From an uncultured Acidimicrobiaceae bacterium (GTDB taxonomy: Bacteria > Actinomycetota > Acidimicrobiia > Acidimicrobiales > Bog-793), in assembly GCA_963831155.1 (NCBI GenBank), contig CAWHOY010000006.1, positions 138,987 through 202,986 of the forward strand: 64,000 bases of DNA, in the 5' to 3' direction. Positions within the stretch are counted from its first letter, which is position 1. Each line of letters starts with the position of its first letter. The position numbers and the translations under genes are program-made. Positions 53,351-64,000 of the stretch are shown here, piece after piece. The notes under the pieces were generated by a model. It searched no databases. It was not told the DNA's origin and saw only the letters and a program-made list of their open reading frames with translations.

Positions 53351-56017
53351 ATGGGCGCGAACAGCTTCGGCACCGAATCGAATCAGATGGTCGGCGGTGC
53401 GATCTACCGCATCGATCGTCTGTCGAAGCTTCCGTCTGAGTTCGGCGTCGAACGTCTGCCCTTCTCGCTGAAGATCCTGCTCGAGAATCTGCTTCGTCAC
53501 GAAAATGGCGTCGACGTCACCGCGGAGGACATCGCCGCGCTCGCGGCGGCGGCGTCTTCGCCGATCGGAGAACGCGAGATCGCCTACTCGCCGGCGCGCA
53601 TTTTGCTACAGGACTTCACCGGCGTTCCGTGCGTCGTCGACCTCGCCGCGATGCGGGACGCCGTCGGAGAGCTCGGCGGCAATGCGGAGCGCGTCAACCC
53701 CAACGTCCCCGTCGACCTCGTGATCGACCACTCGGTGATCGTCGACGTCGCCAATCGTCCGGACGCGTTTGCAATCAACGCACAGCTCGAGTTCGACCGC
53801 AACGGCGAGCGCTACCGCGCGCTGAAGTGGGCGCAGCAGTCACTCGCCAACTTCCGCGTCGTGCCGCCCGACACCGGCATCTGCCACCAGGTGAACCTTG
53901 AGCTCTTGAGCCAGGTTGTCTTCCGTGACGCGGAAGGCCGCGCCTATCCGGACACCGTCGTCGGCACCGATTCGCACACGCCGATGGTGAACGGGCTGAG
54001 CGTGCTCGCCTGGGGTGTCGGCGGGATCGAGGCCGAGGCCGCGATGCTGGGCCAGCCGATCTCGATGCTCGTGCCGACGGTGGTCGGTCTGCGTCTCGAC
54101 GGCGCGCTCCCCGAAGGTACGACCGCTACCGACCTCGTGCTCACGATCGCGCAGCTTCTCCGCTCGCACGGCGTCGTCGGAAAGTTCGTCGAGTGCTACG
54201 GCCCGGGGCTTTCGAGCATTCCCGTCGAGAACCGGGCGACCATCGGCAACATGTCGCCGGAGTACGGCTCGACGGTGACGATTTTCCCGATCGACGAGCA
54301 GACCCTGCACTACATGAAGATGACCGGGCGACCCGACGACCTCGTCGCCCTCGTCGAGGCGTACGCGAAAGAGCAGGGTCTCTTCCACGACCCCGAGAGC
54401 GAGGCCGTCTACGACGAGCAGCTCTCCCTCGACCTGTCGAGCGTCGTTCCGAGCCTCGCCGGCCCGGCGCGGCCCCAGGACCGCGTCCCGCTCGACAAGT
54501 CGAAGTCGATGTTCCACGAGGCACTATCGAGCTCGCGGCCTGCCGACGCGCCGGCGGACACCACGGCGCGCGTCTCGGTCGGAGGCGGACCGGAATTCGA
54601 ACTCCGCGACGGCAGCGTCGTGATCTCGGCCATCACGAGCTGCACGAACACCTCGAACCCACAAGTGATGGTGGCGGCGGGCCTCATCGCAAAGCGCGCC
54701 GTCGAACGCGGGCTTCTGACGAAGCCGTGGGTGAAGACGTCGCTCGCGCCGGGGTCGCGAGTCGTCTCGGACTACCTTGACCGTGCCGGCCTAACCCCGT
54801 ACCTAGAAAAGCTCGGCTTCGGACTCGTCGGCTTCGGCTGCACGACCTGCATCGGCAATTCCGGTCCACTCGCGTCGGAGATCTCGGCGGCGATCGATGA
54901 GAACAAGTTGTCGTGCGTCTCGGTGCTGTCAGGCAATCGCAACTTCGAGGGCCGCATCCATCCCGAGGTGCGAATGAACTACCTCGCCTCACCGCCGCTC
55001 GTCGTCGCCTACGCCCTGGCGGGAACGATGGACGTCGACCTGTACAACGAGCCGATCGGTGAAGGCTCCGACGGCTCGCCGGTGTTCCTTCGCGACCTGT
55101 GGCCGACGACAACCGAGGTGACAACGGTCGTCGGAGGCGCCATGGAGTCGTCGATGTTCGCGACCGACTACGCCGACGTCTTCGCTGGCGACGACAACTG
55201 GCGCTCGATCTCGGTCGGCGAGAGCTCACGCTACCAGTGGGACGCGGAATCGACTTACATCCAAGATCCGCCTTTCTTCGACGGAATGGGCAAGGAGCCC
55301 CGACCCGTCTCCGACATCGCAGGATGTCGCGTCCTCGCCATGCTCGGCGACAGCGTGACGACCGACCACATCTCGCCCGCCGGCTCGATCAAGCTCGATA
55401 GCCCGGCGGGGCACTTCCTCACGGATCACGGCGTTGCGCAGTCCGATTTCAACTCGTACGGAACGCGCCGCGGCAACCACGAGGTGATGATCCGCGGCAC
55501 CTTCGCCAACACGCGCATCCGCAACGCGCTGGCCGGCGGCAAAGAGGGCGGATTCACGGTGCACTTCCCCGATGGCGAACTGGGCACGATCTATGACGTC
55601 GCGATCCGCTACACACAAGACCGCGTCCCACTCGTCGTCCTGGCGGGAAAGGAATACGGCTCGGGGTCTTCGCGCGACTGGGCTGCGAAGGGTCCCGCGC
55701 TTTTGGGCGTGAAGGCGGTGATCGCCGAGAGTTTCGAGCGCATCCACCGCTCGAACCTGATCGGGATGGGCATCGTCCCGTTGCAGTACGCCGATGGCGA
55801 GAACGCGCAATCTCTCGGGCTATCGGGCGGTGAGGTATTCTCGATCGAGGGTCTCGCCAACGCGAACGAGGGCGAACTGTTGGGCAAGCGCGTACAAGTC
55901 CGCGCAGACGACAAGACGTTCTTTGCGATCGTCCGCATCGATACCCCGACCGAAGAGGCGTACTACCGAAACGGGGGGATCTTGCTCTACGTCGCGCGTC
56001 GCTTGGCGGCCGCGTAG
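53351..56017 (+). CDS. acn: aconitate hydratase
   Basis: 888 aa with typical AcnA/IRP-like sequence ([27 protein letters not shown] Fe-S cysteines). Confidence 0.96.
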   Translation: MGANSFGTESNQMVGGAIYRIDRLSKLPSEFGVERLPFSLKILLENLLRHENGVDVTAEDIAALAAAASSPIGEREIAYSPARILLQDFTGVPCVVDLAAMRDAVGELGGNAERVNPNVPVDLVIDHSVIVDVANRPDAFAINAQLEFDRNGERYRALKWAQQSLANFRVVPPDTGICHQVNLELLSQVVFRDAEGRAYPDTVVGTDSHTPMVNGLSVLAWGVGGIEAEAAMLGQPISMLVPTVVGLRLDGALPEGTTATDLVLTIAQLLRSHGVVGKFVECYGPGLSSIPVENRATIGNMSPEYGSTVTIFPIDEQTLHYMKMTGRPDDLVALVEAYAKEQGLFHDPESEAVYDEQLSLDLSSVVPSLAGPARPQDRVPLDKSKSMFHEALSSSRPADAPADTTARVSVGGGPEFELRDGSVVISAITSCTNTSNPQVMVAAGLIAKRAVERGLLTKPWVKTSLAPGSRVVSDYLDRAGLTPYLEKLGFGLVGFGCTTCIGNSGPLASEISAAIDENKLSCVSVLSGNRNFEGRIHPEVRMNYLASPPLVVAYALAGTMDVDLYNEPIGEGSDGSPVFLRDLWPTTTEVTTVVGGAMESSMFATDYADVFAGDDNWRSISVGESSRYQWDAESTYIQDPPFFDGMGKEPRPVSDIAGCRVLAMLGDSVTTDHISPAGSIKLDSPAGHFLTDHGVAQSDFNSYGTRRGNHEVMIRGTFANTRIRNALAGGKEGGFTVHFPDGELGTIYDVAIRYTQDRVPLVVLAGKEYGSGSSRDWAAKGPALLGVKAVIAESFERIHRSNLIGMGIVPLQYADGENAQSLGLSGGEVFSIEGLANANEGELLGKRVQVRADDKTFFAIVRIDTPTEEAYYRNGGILLYVARRLAAA

Positions 56018-56024
56018 CTGTCCG

Positions 56025-56795
56025 TCAGCCGAGGGTGATCAACCTCCCGAGGCCGACGTCGCGCATCCAGCTCTCGAGAACCGATGTAACCCAGCTCAGA
56101 CGATTGAGAACCAATAAGACGCCGAACACCGCGAGCAGCACCGAAGATCCAAGGGTGATCACGCGTAGATGCCGACGGACCACCTTGATAGCTCCGGCCG
56201 CAGTGCCGAGGCCGCAACCGACGATGAGGAAAGGCACCCCGAGACCGAGCGCGTAGAACGCGAGCAGCACGGCGCCGTTGCCGATCCCGCGGTCGCTGAG
56301 CGCGACCACGAGGACCGAAGAGAGCACCGGACCGATGCACGGCGTCCAGCCGAACCCGAAGGCGGCGCCGGCGATCGGTGCCGCGAATGGTCCATAGCGC
56401 GACGCGTTGATGTGGAAACGCGCCTCGCCGTACAGCGCGGGGAGATTGAGCACGACGGAACCCGCCAGGAATGCGGCCATCGCGAGAATGACGCCTCCGG
56501 AGATGCGCGTCAGCAGGGCGTGATTATGGACGAGCGCGGAGCCGATGGCGGTCGCCGATATGCCCAAGAGAACGAAGACGACGCCGAAGCCGAGGATGAA
56601 TAGTCCGGTGTCGCGGGCGATTCGTGCGATCTGACGCTTGCGCCCTCGCTCAAGCTCTCCGAGGTCGAGTCCGGTGACCATCGATAGATAGGCAGGCACG
56701 ACGGGTAAGACGCACGGCGACGCGAACGAGACGATCCCGCCACCAAAGGCCACGAGATCATTCACGTTCGTCGCCATCGCTTCCCATGATGACAC
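56025..56795 (-). CDS. ccdA: cytochrome c biogenesis protein CcdA (DsbD-family thiol-disulfide transporter)
   Basis: FASPCVLPVVPAYLSMV and a second Cys motif WTPCIGPVL. Six TM helices. Confidence 0.88.
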   Translation of the reverse strand: MSSWEAMATNVNDLVAFGGGIVSFASPCVLPVVPAYLSMVTGLDLGELERGRKRQIARIARDTGLFILGFGVVFVLLGISATAIGSALVHNHALLTRISGGVILAMAAFLAGSVVLNLPALYGEARFHINASRYGPFAAPIAGAAFGFGWTPCIGPVLSSVLVVALSDRGIGNGAVLLAFYALGLGVPFLIVGCGLGTAAGAIKVVRRHLRVITLGSSVLLAVFGVLLVLNRLSWVTSVLESWMRDVGLGRLITLG

Positions 56796-56858
56796 CGCTC
56801 GTCGTGAGCGGAACTCAGAAGAGCCGAGGATGCTTGCATCCGCTGGCAGTCGACGGCA

Positions 56859-57149
56859 ATGTCAGGGCGTGGAGTTTGCGCCGTGACGCTGACAGCAGTT
56901 GAGATCGCCGTGCTCGACCTCGAACGGAGCTGGCCAGTGATGACGAATCGACCAGCGAAGCGAGACGTCATCCGCGAAAACATCGGTCTCTCGAGCACGC
57001 GTTATTACGAGATCGTCCACACGCTTTGCGACTCTGAGGAGGCCGTGGCGTACGACCCGTTGACAGTCCGTCGATTGCGGCGACGCCGTCACGAACGTCG
57101 TGCCGCGAGGTTCTTCGCAGATCTGACCCGGAAAAGCCGACCTCGCTGA
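56859..57149 (+). CDS. DUF3263-family protein
   Basis: ILDLERSW...IRENIGLSSTRYYEIVHTLCDSEEAVAYDPLTVRRLRR matches the actinobacterial DUF3263 pattern. The start may be GTG 56883. Confidence 0.7.
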   Translation: MSGRGVCAVTLTAVEIAVLDLERSWPVMTNRPAKRDVIRENIGLSSTRYYEIVHTLCDSEEAVAYDPLTVRRLRRRRHERRAARFFADLTRKSRPR

Positions 57150-57937
57150 CCGCTGAAGCGCACGCGGTCGGGCGACTTGTCGCGTCCCCTCGGACGACCG
57201 GCATCGCGGTCGATTTCGACGGCACCCTTGCAGAGATCGTCGCCGATCCGGCACAAGCGCGGCCGCTTCCGGGCGCTACGGGGGTGATCGGCAAGCTGGC
57301 GGCGCGCTTTGCGAAGGTTGCCGTCGTCTCAGGACGTCCGGTCGCCTTTCTCGTCGAGCAACTCGCACTCGACGACACGCCGATCCCCATCGAGCTCTTC
57401 GGTCAATACGGGCTCGAGCACCGCCTGGTGGACGGCACGATCATCGGTCCACCGGATGAACGGCGCTACGTCGAAGCGGTCAACGGCGCCCTTTCGGAGG
57501 CGCGCGATCGAGCTCCCCATGGCGTGATCGTGGAAGCAAAGGGCATCGCGCTCACCTTGCACTGGCGCAATGCACCGCAAGCAAAGGACGCATCGATCGC
57601 CCTCGCCGGCGAGCTGGCGGAGCGTTACAGGCTGCACGCCCGGGTAGGCAAGATGGCGATAGAGCTCGTCCCGAGCGCGGCACAGGACAAGGGCGCGGCG
57701 ATCCGCTCGATCTTCGCCGAGCTCGCGACGGGGGGCGTGCTCGGAGACGACGTGGGCGATATTCCGGCGTTCCGCGCCGCGCGTGAGCTCGGGCGCGCTC
57801 GTAACTTCGATGCGGTACTCGTCGTCGCGACGAGCGACGAGGCACCCCCCGAGCTGCTCGAGCTCGCGGATGTCATCGTCGACGGCCCTCGTGGCGCCCT
57901 CGCGTTCTTGGAGAGCCTTGCCGCGGCGCCCAGTTAA
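57146..57937 (+). CDS. otsB: trehalose-6-phosphate phosphatase (HAD family), non-canonical start
   Basis: HAD motif I, DFDGTLAEIV, lies at 57212-57241. That is upstream of the first canonical start in this frame (GTG 57284). The frame is open from 57038 with no ATG/GTG/TTG. CTG 57146 overlaps the DUF3263 stop (CTGA) and is the proposed start. Confidence 0.7.
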   Translation: MTAEAHAVGRLVASPRTTGIAVDFDGTLAEIVADPAQARPLPGATGVIGKLAARFAKVAVVSGRPVAFLVEQLALDDTPIPIELFGQYGLEHRLVDGTIIGPPDERRYVEAVNGALSEARDRAPHGVIVEAKGIALTLHWRNAPQAKDASIALAGELAERYRLHARVGKMAIELVPSAAQDKGAAIRSIFAELATGGVLGDDVGDIPAFRAARELGRARNFDAVLVVATSDEAPPELLELADVIVDGPRGALAFLESLAAAPS

Positions 57938-59340
57938 GCAAAACGATTCTCGGCGAGCGAGGCGCTCGCGACGACCTCGCTCATCCAGACGGCCGGAGGA
58001 TGACGCGCCGCGATCGCCGCGAGGTTCTCGGATCGGGCGCGTCGTTCGCGTTCGTCGAGCTCGAGGGCACGACGGAGCACATTTGCAGTTCCCTCGATGT
58101 CGAACGGCTCGATCGGGAGTGCGAACGCACCGAGCTCTTCGAATGCCCCCGCACGCACGCTCAGTCCGAGCGCTGCGGGCGTGCGCGTCAGCACGGCGCC
58201 CTCTTTCGCGACGAGGTTCATGCCGTCCCGGACTGGGTTGACGAACAGGACGTCGGCGACTGTCATCGCGGCAATCGAGGCATCGAGGTCGTCGGCGATC
58301 TCGAGATCGATCGGCTGGCGACGTGCGGACGAGAAGCGCTCGTTGATGCGCGAACAGATCTGCTCGACTGCGTTGCGGTAGGCGATGTACTCCGGAATCT
58401 CCGTTCGCGATGAATAAAGGCGCGCCGAAAAGACGACCTCCTCGACGAGCGACTCATCCTCTTCGAGGAGGGCTTCGAACGCGAGAAAGCCGCGCACGAT
58501 GTTCTTCGCGGGGTCGACGCGGTCGGACCGGAAGATGAGGCGCCGTCCATCGAGAACGGTGACGAGGTCATTGCGCGATCGCTCGACTCCCTCGGTATCG
58601 GCGATTCGCCGAAGTTCCTCCGCGTCGACGCCGAGGGGGATGACGGCGAGTTCCGTTTCGGTCATAAGTGTCTCCGAGACGCACTGCTCGAACGCGCCGG
58701 CCCAATGGCGGGTGTGGAACGCCGTCGTTCCGAACGAGCAGAGGCCCTGGAGGAACTCCCTGCGGATCTCGGTGGGCAGGATCTCGAGCTCGTCGGGACC
58801 GCAGAACGGAGTGTGCGAGAAGTAGATCGTGCGCAGGTCGGGGCGAGCCTTTGCGAGCTGCGCGCCGCAGAGCGCGAGGTGGTAGTCGTTCACGACAACC
58901 GTCGCTCCCTCGTCGGCGACGCGAACGATCTCGTCAGCGAAGGCCGCGTTGTAGGCGCGATACCCGGCCCACGCCTCGTGCCAGCGTCGGTCGAGAACGG
59001 GACGGTAGGTCGCGTCGAAGAGGCCGTGGACGAGCGGCCAGAGGGTGCCGTTCGCGATCACCCGGTAGGCCGCGCCGAGGAGGTCTTCGGATACCTCGAC
59101 GAGGCGCACCGTGACGCCGCCTGGCGTCTTGATCGACACGTGCTCGCTCGACGCGCGCCGCTCCGCGTCGTTCATGGTCGCCGCCACCCACAGTGCGTCG
59201 GCGCCCTCGAGTCCACGCGCCAGGCTCGGGGCGAGACCGCCGGCGGCGTGTCCGGCGACGATCCGCCCCCCACGGGTCGAACGCAGCGAGAGCGGGCCGC
59301 GGTTCGAGGCAACGACGAGTCCGACACGGCGATCAACCAT
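57934..59340 (-). CDS. otsA: alpha,alpha-trehalose-phosphate synthase (GT20)
   Basis: VVASNRGP N-terminus and GT20-type sequence throughout. Convergent with otsB with overlapping stops. Confidence 0.9.
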   Translation of the reverse strand: MVDRRVGLVVASNRGPLSLRSTRGGRIVAGHAAGGLAPSLARGLEGADALWVAATMNDAERRASSEHVSIKTPGGVTVRLVEVSEDLLGAAYRVIANGTLWPLVHGLFDATYRPVLDRRWHEAWAGYRAYNAAFADEIVRVADEGATVVVNDYHLALCGAQLAKARPDLRTIYFSHTPFCGPDELEILPTEIRREFLQGLCSFGTTAFHTRHWAGAFEQCVSETLMTETELAVIPLGVDAEELRRIADTEGVERSRNDLVTVLDGRRLIFRSDRVDPAKNIVRGFLAFEALLEEDESLVEEVVFSARLYSSRTEIPEYIAYRNAVEQICSRINERFSSARRQPIDLEIADDLDASIAAMTVADVLFVNPVRDGMNLVAKEGAVLTRTPAALGLSVRAGAFEELGAFALPIEPFDIEGTANVLRRALELDERERRARSENLAAIAARHPPAVWMSEVVASASLAENRFA

Positions 59341-59457
59341 CGGGGGAGTTTTCCACCTCTGACGTGCACGACCGCGGAAATCGCGGCAGGTTGTGTGGCC
59401 GTGCCACCGTGTCCCAGTTCGTCCACCTTGCGGCGCATGCCCTGACGTGGTTTGCTG

Positions 59458-61150
<1,693 letters not shown>

Positions 61151-61169
61151 ACGGCTCGAATTCGTGATC

Positions 61170-61196
61170 GAAGCGGGGCGCACTGCGCCCCGCTTC
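61170..61196 (+). terminator. GC-rich hairpin after groEL (I-shaped intrinsic terminator candidate)
   Basis: GAAGCGGGGCGC-act-GCGCCCCGCTTC, a perfect 12-bp stem 20 nt after the stop. No U-tract, which is common in high-GC Actinobacteria. Confidence 0.6.
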
Positions 61197-61244
61197 GTCG
61201 CTTCACGAGGCGTGGGACTTCGGACTCGGTCCTACGATGACGAC

Positions 61245-61943
61245 GTGAGCGAGGCTCCCAAGCAAGCACCCGAAGAACTCGACGGGTGGTCGGTTCTGCA
61301 CCTGTTTTTCTCCGTCGCCCGCGAGGTCGATGCCGAGGCGGTCGCGTCCGCGATCAAGTCGTGCGAAACCGACGGCCACCAGACGTTCGCCGCTGAGCTC
61401 CTCGGCCACAAGGCCGACCTGGCGGTCGTGGGCATCGGCCCGTCGTTTCACCGCCTCCGCCAACTGCAGACCGAGCTCGTGCAAGCAGGCCTGACGCTCG
61501 AGTGGTCGTACGTGTCGCTCACCGAGGTCTCGGAGTACGCGAGCGGCTTGCCGGATGAGATGAAACGGGCGCGCCTTCGACCGGTCCTGCCGCCCGACGG
61601 CCTCAAGGTCTTCTGCTTCTACCCGATGTCCAAACGCCGGGAGGAGGAAGAGAACTGGTACCGGCTCGATTACGAGGACCGTCTGCGATTGATGATCGGC
61701 CACGGCACGACGGGCCGGAAATTCCGCGGTCGGGTCCTCCAACTCGTTACCGGCTCGACCGGTCTCGACGACTGGGAGTGGGGTGTGACGCTGTTCTGCC
61801 GCAACTTCGACGACTTAAAAGAGTGCGTTTACACGATGCGCTTCGACGAGGCCTCGGCGCGCTTTGCGGAGTTCGGGCCATTCCTCACCGGGACGATCGG
61901 TGACGCGACCGAGATCATCGCCGGACTCACCGCTCGAGGATGA
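61245..61943 (+). CDS. hemQ: coproheme decarboxylase / chlorite-dismutase-family protein
   Basis: GWSVLHLFF..., YPMSKRR..ENWY, LVTGSTGLDDWEWGVTLF signature. The start is GTG 61245 or GTG 61212, both after the groEL terminator. Confidence 0.85.
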   Translation: MSEAPKQAPEELDGWSVLHLFFSVAREVDAEAVASAIKSCETDGHQTFAAELLGHKADLAVVGIGPSFHRLRQLQTELVQAGLTLEWSYVSLTEVSEYASGLPDEMKRARLRPVLPPDGLKVFCFYPMSKRREEEENWYRLDYEDRLRLMIGHGTTGRKFRGRVLQLVTGSTGLDDWEWGVTLFCRNFDDLKECVYTMRFDEASARFAEFGPFLTGTIGDATEIIAGLTARG

Positions 61944-61944
61944 G

Positions 61945-62769
61945 ATGACCACTGTCACCGCCGATTCCGCCACGCCCGAGCTAGAGCGCCTGCAAGTCGA
62001 GGTGTCTCGCCACGGTCGTGTCGTCGTCGCGTTCTCCGGAGGCGCGGACTCGGCACTGCTCGCCTACGTCGCCAACCGGACGCTCGGGAAGGACCGGGTG
62101 CTCTGCGTCACCGCCTCGTCGCCATCGCTACCGAGTGAAGAGCTCGCCCACACCCGCGCGCTCGCCAAAGAGTGGTCGCTGCGCCACCTTGTCGTTGAAA
62201 CCCACGAAATCGAGGACGCGTCCTACGTCCGCAACGATCCCGATCGCTGCTACCACTGCAAACGCGAACTGATGGATGCGCTCGAAGAGCCGGCCGACAA
62301 GGAATCGGCCGTCGTCGCCTTGGGGGTTAACGTCGACGACCTTTCCGACTTCCGACCCGGACAACGCGCAGCTCGCGACCGTGGCGCAGTGTTCCCGCTC
62401 GTCGACGCCGGGTTCACGAAGACAGCCGTACGCGATCTATCCCGTCGACTCGGCCTGCGGACCTGGGACAAACCGGCCGCGGCGTGCCTCGCGTCCCGAG
62501 TTCCGCACGGCACCCCGGTGACGATCGCCACGCTGGCGCGCGTCGAGGCCGCGGAATCCGCGTTGCATGCGCTCGGATTCACCCAGCTGCGGGTGCGTCA
62601 CTACGGCGATATCGCCCGGGTCGAGCTCGATTTGCGCGATCTCGGCGCGGCGATCGAACGCCGAAAAGATGTCGTCGACGCGGTTCGGGGAGCGGGGTAC
62701 CGTTACGTGACCCTCGATCTCGAAGGCTTCCGCTCAGGCAACCTCTCGCGCGCCCTCCCAAACAGTTGA
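61945..62769 (+). CDS. PP-loop ATP pyrophosphatase, LarE-like sulfur transferase family
   Basis: PP-loop VVVAFSGGADSALLA, CYHCK motif, AAACLASRVPHGTPVT. The ATG lies 2 nt after the hemQ stop. Confidence 0.8.
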   Translation: MTTVTADSATPELERLQVEVSRHGRVVVAFSGGADSALLAYVANRTLGKDRVLCVTASSPSLPSEELAHTRALAKEWSLRHLVVETHEIEDASYVRNDPDRCYHCKRELMDALEEPADKESAVVALGVNVDDLSDFRPGQRAARDRGAVFPLVDAGFTKTAVRDLSRRLGLRTWDKPAAACLASRVPHGTPVTIATLARVEAAESALHALGFTQLRVRHYGDIARVELDLRDLGAAIERRKDVVDAVRGAGYRYVTLDLEGFRSGNLSRALPNS

Positions 62770-62779
62770 CGGCACCCTT

Positions 62780-63223
62780 TCAACCAACAAGCGTCTTTCG
62801 ATAGACGTTCGTCTCGCGCCTTTCGAATCCAAGCCTCTCGTACAACCGATTCGCTTCGATGCGCGACGGCCGCGACGTCAGATCGACGGTGCGACAGCCA
62901 AGTCGCGCTGCACGCTGCAGTGCCTCCTCGATGAGTGCCGTTGCGACACCCTGCCCTCGCGCATCGGGCCCGACGACAACATCTTCGATCCACGCCCGCA
63001 TACCGGTGAGCAACGAGAAGGTAACGAGCGAAAGCGTGCCAACAATGCGGCCTTCGACCTGGGCGCACAAAAGCGTCGTCACGGAGGAACGAGCGATCGA
63101 CGCGAACTGAGCCGCATCGGGTGGCTCCGCGCTCGAAAGGTGTGCGAGGAGACCACTCACCGCAGCATGATCGGCTGCGGTCGGATCGGTGATCTCTTCG
63201 ATGACGATCTCCGTCGGCGACAT
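62780..63223 (-). CDS. GNAT-family N-acetyltransferase
   Basis: Acetyl-CoA motif VGPDARGQGVATALIEEA. The start is trimmed to ATG 63223. Confidence 0.8.
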   Translation of the reverse strand: MSPTEIVIEEITDPTAADHAAVSGLLAHLSSAEPPDAAQFASIARSSVTTLLCAQVEGRIVGTLSLVTFSLLTGMRAWIEDVVVGPDARGQGVATALIEEALQRAARLGCRTVDLTSRPSRIEANRLYERLGFERRETNVYRKTLVG

Positions 63224-63315
63224 ACAACGAGCGTATCGAGGCGGCGCAGTGCACTTCTGAACCAAGCCGTTCGCCGTTAGGCTCGGGTGGGCAAAAGGAG
63301 ACCGCGTGCAGTTCG

Positions 63316-64000
63316 ATGGCGACAACCAGGACAGCCTCCATCCGTTCCGATTCCGATCGCTTCCGCGAACGCGACCGTTCACTGCGGCTGCCAGAACAGC
63401 TGGGCGTCGATCATCCGGTGCTGCTCGGCGCGTTCGAGGGTTGGAACGACGCCGGTGAGGCGGCATCGTCGGCGATCGACCGGCTGGCGCGCGCCTGGAA
63501 GGCGACGGCGTTCTGCGATATCGACCCCGAGGAGTTCTTCGACTTCACCGAAGTTCGACCGGAAGTGAACGTCGTCGACGGAGAAGTGCGCTCGATCACG
63601 TGGCCGTCCACGACGTTCGCCGTTGCGCCTGGCGCCGTCGACGTCGTCATCGCGAGCGGGCCGGAGCCGCAGATGCGATGGAAGGCTTACTGCGAAGCCT
63701 TCGTCGAACTTGCGCTCGAGCTCGAGGTGTCGCGCGCGATTTTCCTCGGTGCGTATCTCGGCGAAGTGACCCACCGCGGGCCGGTGATGCTTTCGGCGAC
63801 TTCGAGCGACCCAGACGCGATCGCATCCGAGGGGCTTTCCGCCTCGTTCTACGAGGGCCCGACGGGGATCCTCGCGGTGTTGCAGAGCGCGCTCGACGAG
63901 GTCGGCATCACGACGATGACGATCTGGGCGAGTGTGCCGGTGTACTCGGTAACGATCGCCGCCAAGCCGGCGCTCGCGCTCGCTGAAATCGGCGCGCGCA
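63316..64000 (+). CDS. PAC2 (proteasome-assembly-chaperone-like) family protein, 3'-partial at window end
   Basis: The ORF runs off the window, so it is absent from the ORF track. Hand translation gives LLGAFEGWNDAGEAASSAIDRL...EEFFDF...GPEPQMRWKAY...FYEGPTGI, typical of actinobacterial PAC2 proteins. Confidence 0.7.
   Translation, partial: MATTRTASIRSDSDRFRERDRSLRLPEQLGVDHPVLLGAFEGWNDAGEAASSAIDRLARAWKATAFCDIDPEEFFDFTEVRPEVNVVDGEVRSITWPSTTFAVAPGAVDVVIASGPEPQMRWKAYCEAFVELALELEVSRAIFLGAYLGEVTHRGPVMLSATSSDPDAIASEGLSASFYEGPTGILAVLQSALDEVGITTMTIWASVPVYSVTIAAKPALALAEIGAR

Noticed and set aside
57038-57149. Programmed -1 frameshift fusing DUF3263 to OtsB
   Set aside because: The frames have the right relationship. 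However, no X_XXY_YYZ slippery heptamer in the zero frame and no obvious downstream structure were found. A non-canonical start is the simpler explanation.

Overview
High-GC, actinobacterial-type chromosomal segment. All calls come from reading the ORF translations and the DNA by eye, with no database search. Positions 475-33340 are almost entirely minus-strand housekeeping genes. Their order matches the conserved actinobacterial block known from Mycobacterium tuberculosis (argS-lysA-...-rho-rpmE-prfA-prmC-sua5-rfe-atp operon-...-murA). Here it reads argS-lysA-rho-rpmE-prfA-prmC-tsaC-rpiB-glyA-wecA-atpZ/I-atpBE-b'-b-delta-AGDC, then a 2H-phosphoesterase/GNAT fusion, glpX, murA, treS-mak, galT, a hydrolase, iscS-mnmA-ligA. 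A tRNA-Arg(CCG) at 33432-33503 is the integration site of a ~9.7-kb element (33458-43151). A perfect 47-bp direct repeat of the tRNA 3' part bounds this element. It also has 11-bp-phased TCGGCCACA repeats inside both ends, a frameshifted tyrosine-integrase remnant, an IS110 insertion and several broken genes, so it looks like a decaying genomic island. Its apparently intact cargo is a MerR/HspR-like regulator translationally coupled to a 4-TM coiled-coil membrane protein and a 60-aa basic protein, a LuxR-type HTH, a membrane-anchored DAG-kinase-like lipid kinase, TauE, MgtC, ArsR, a VOC protein and a repeat lipoprotein. Downstream are a kdp locus (two tandem KdpF-like peptides, kdpABC, kdpE, and KdpD split into two divergently transcribed genes), yceI/marR, aconitase, ccdA, DUF3263-otsB/otsA, a CIRCE-controlled orphan groEL, hemQ, a LarE-like protein, a GNAT and a partial PAC2 gene. 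The best candidate for something undescribed is the island, in particular the ATGA-coupled three-gene module at its tRNA-proximal edge and the phased arm repeats. The evidence for novelty is limited to what can be read from the sequence. No CRISPR array, rRNA or intact prophage was seen.
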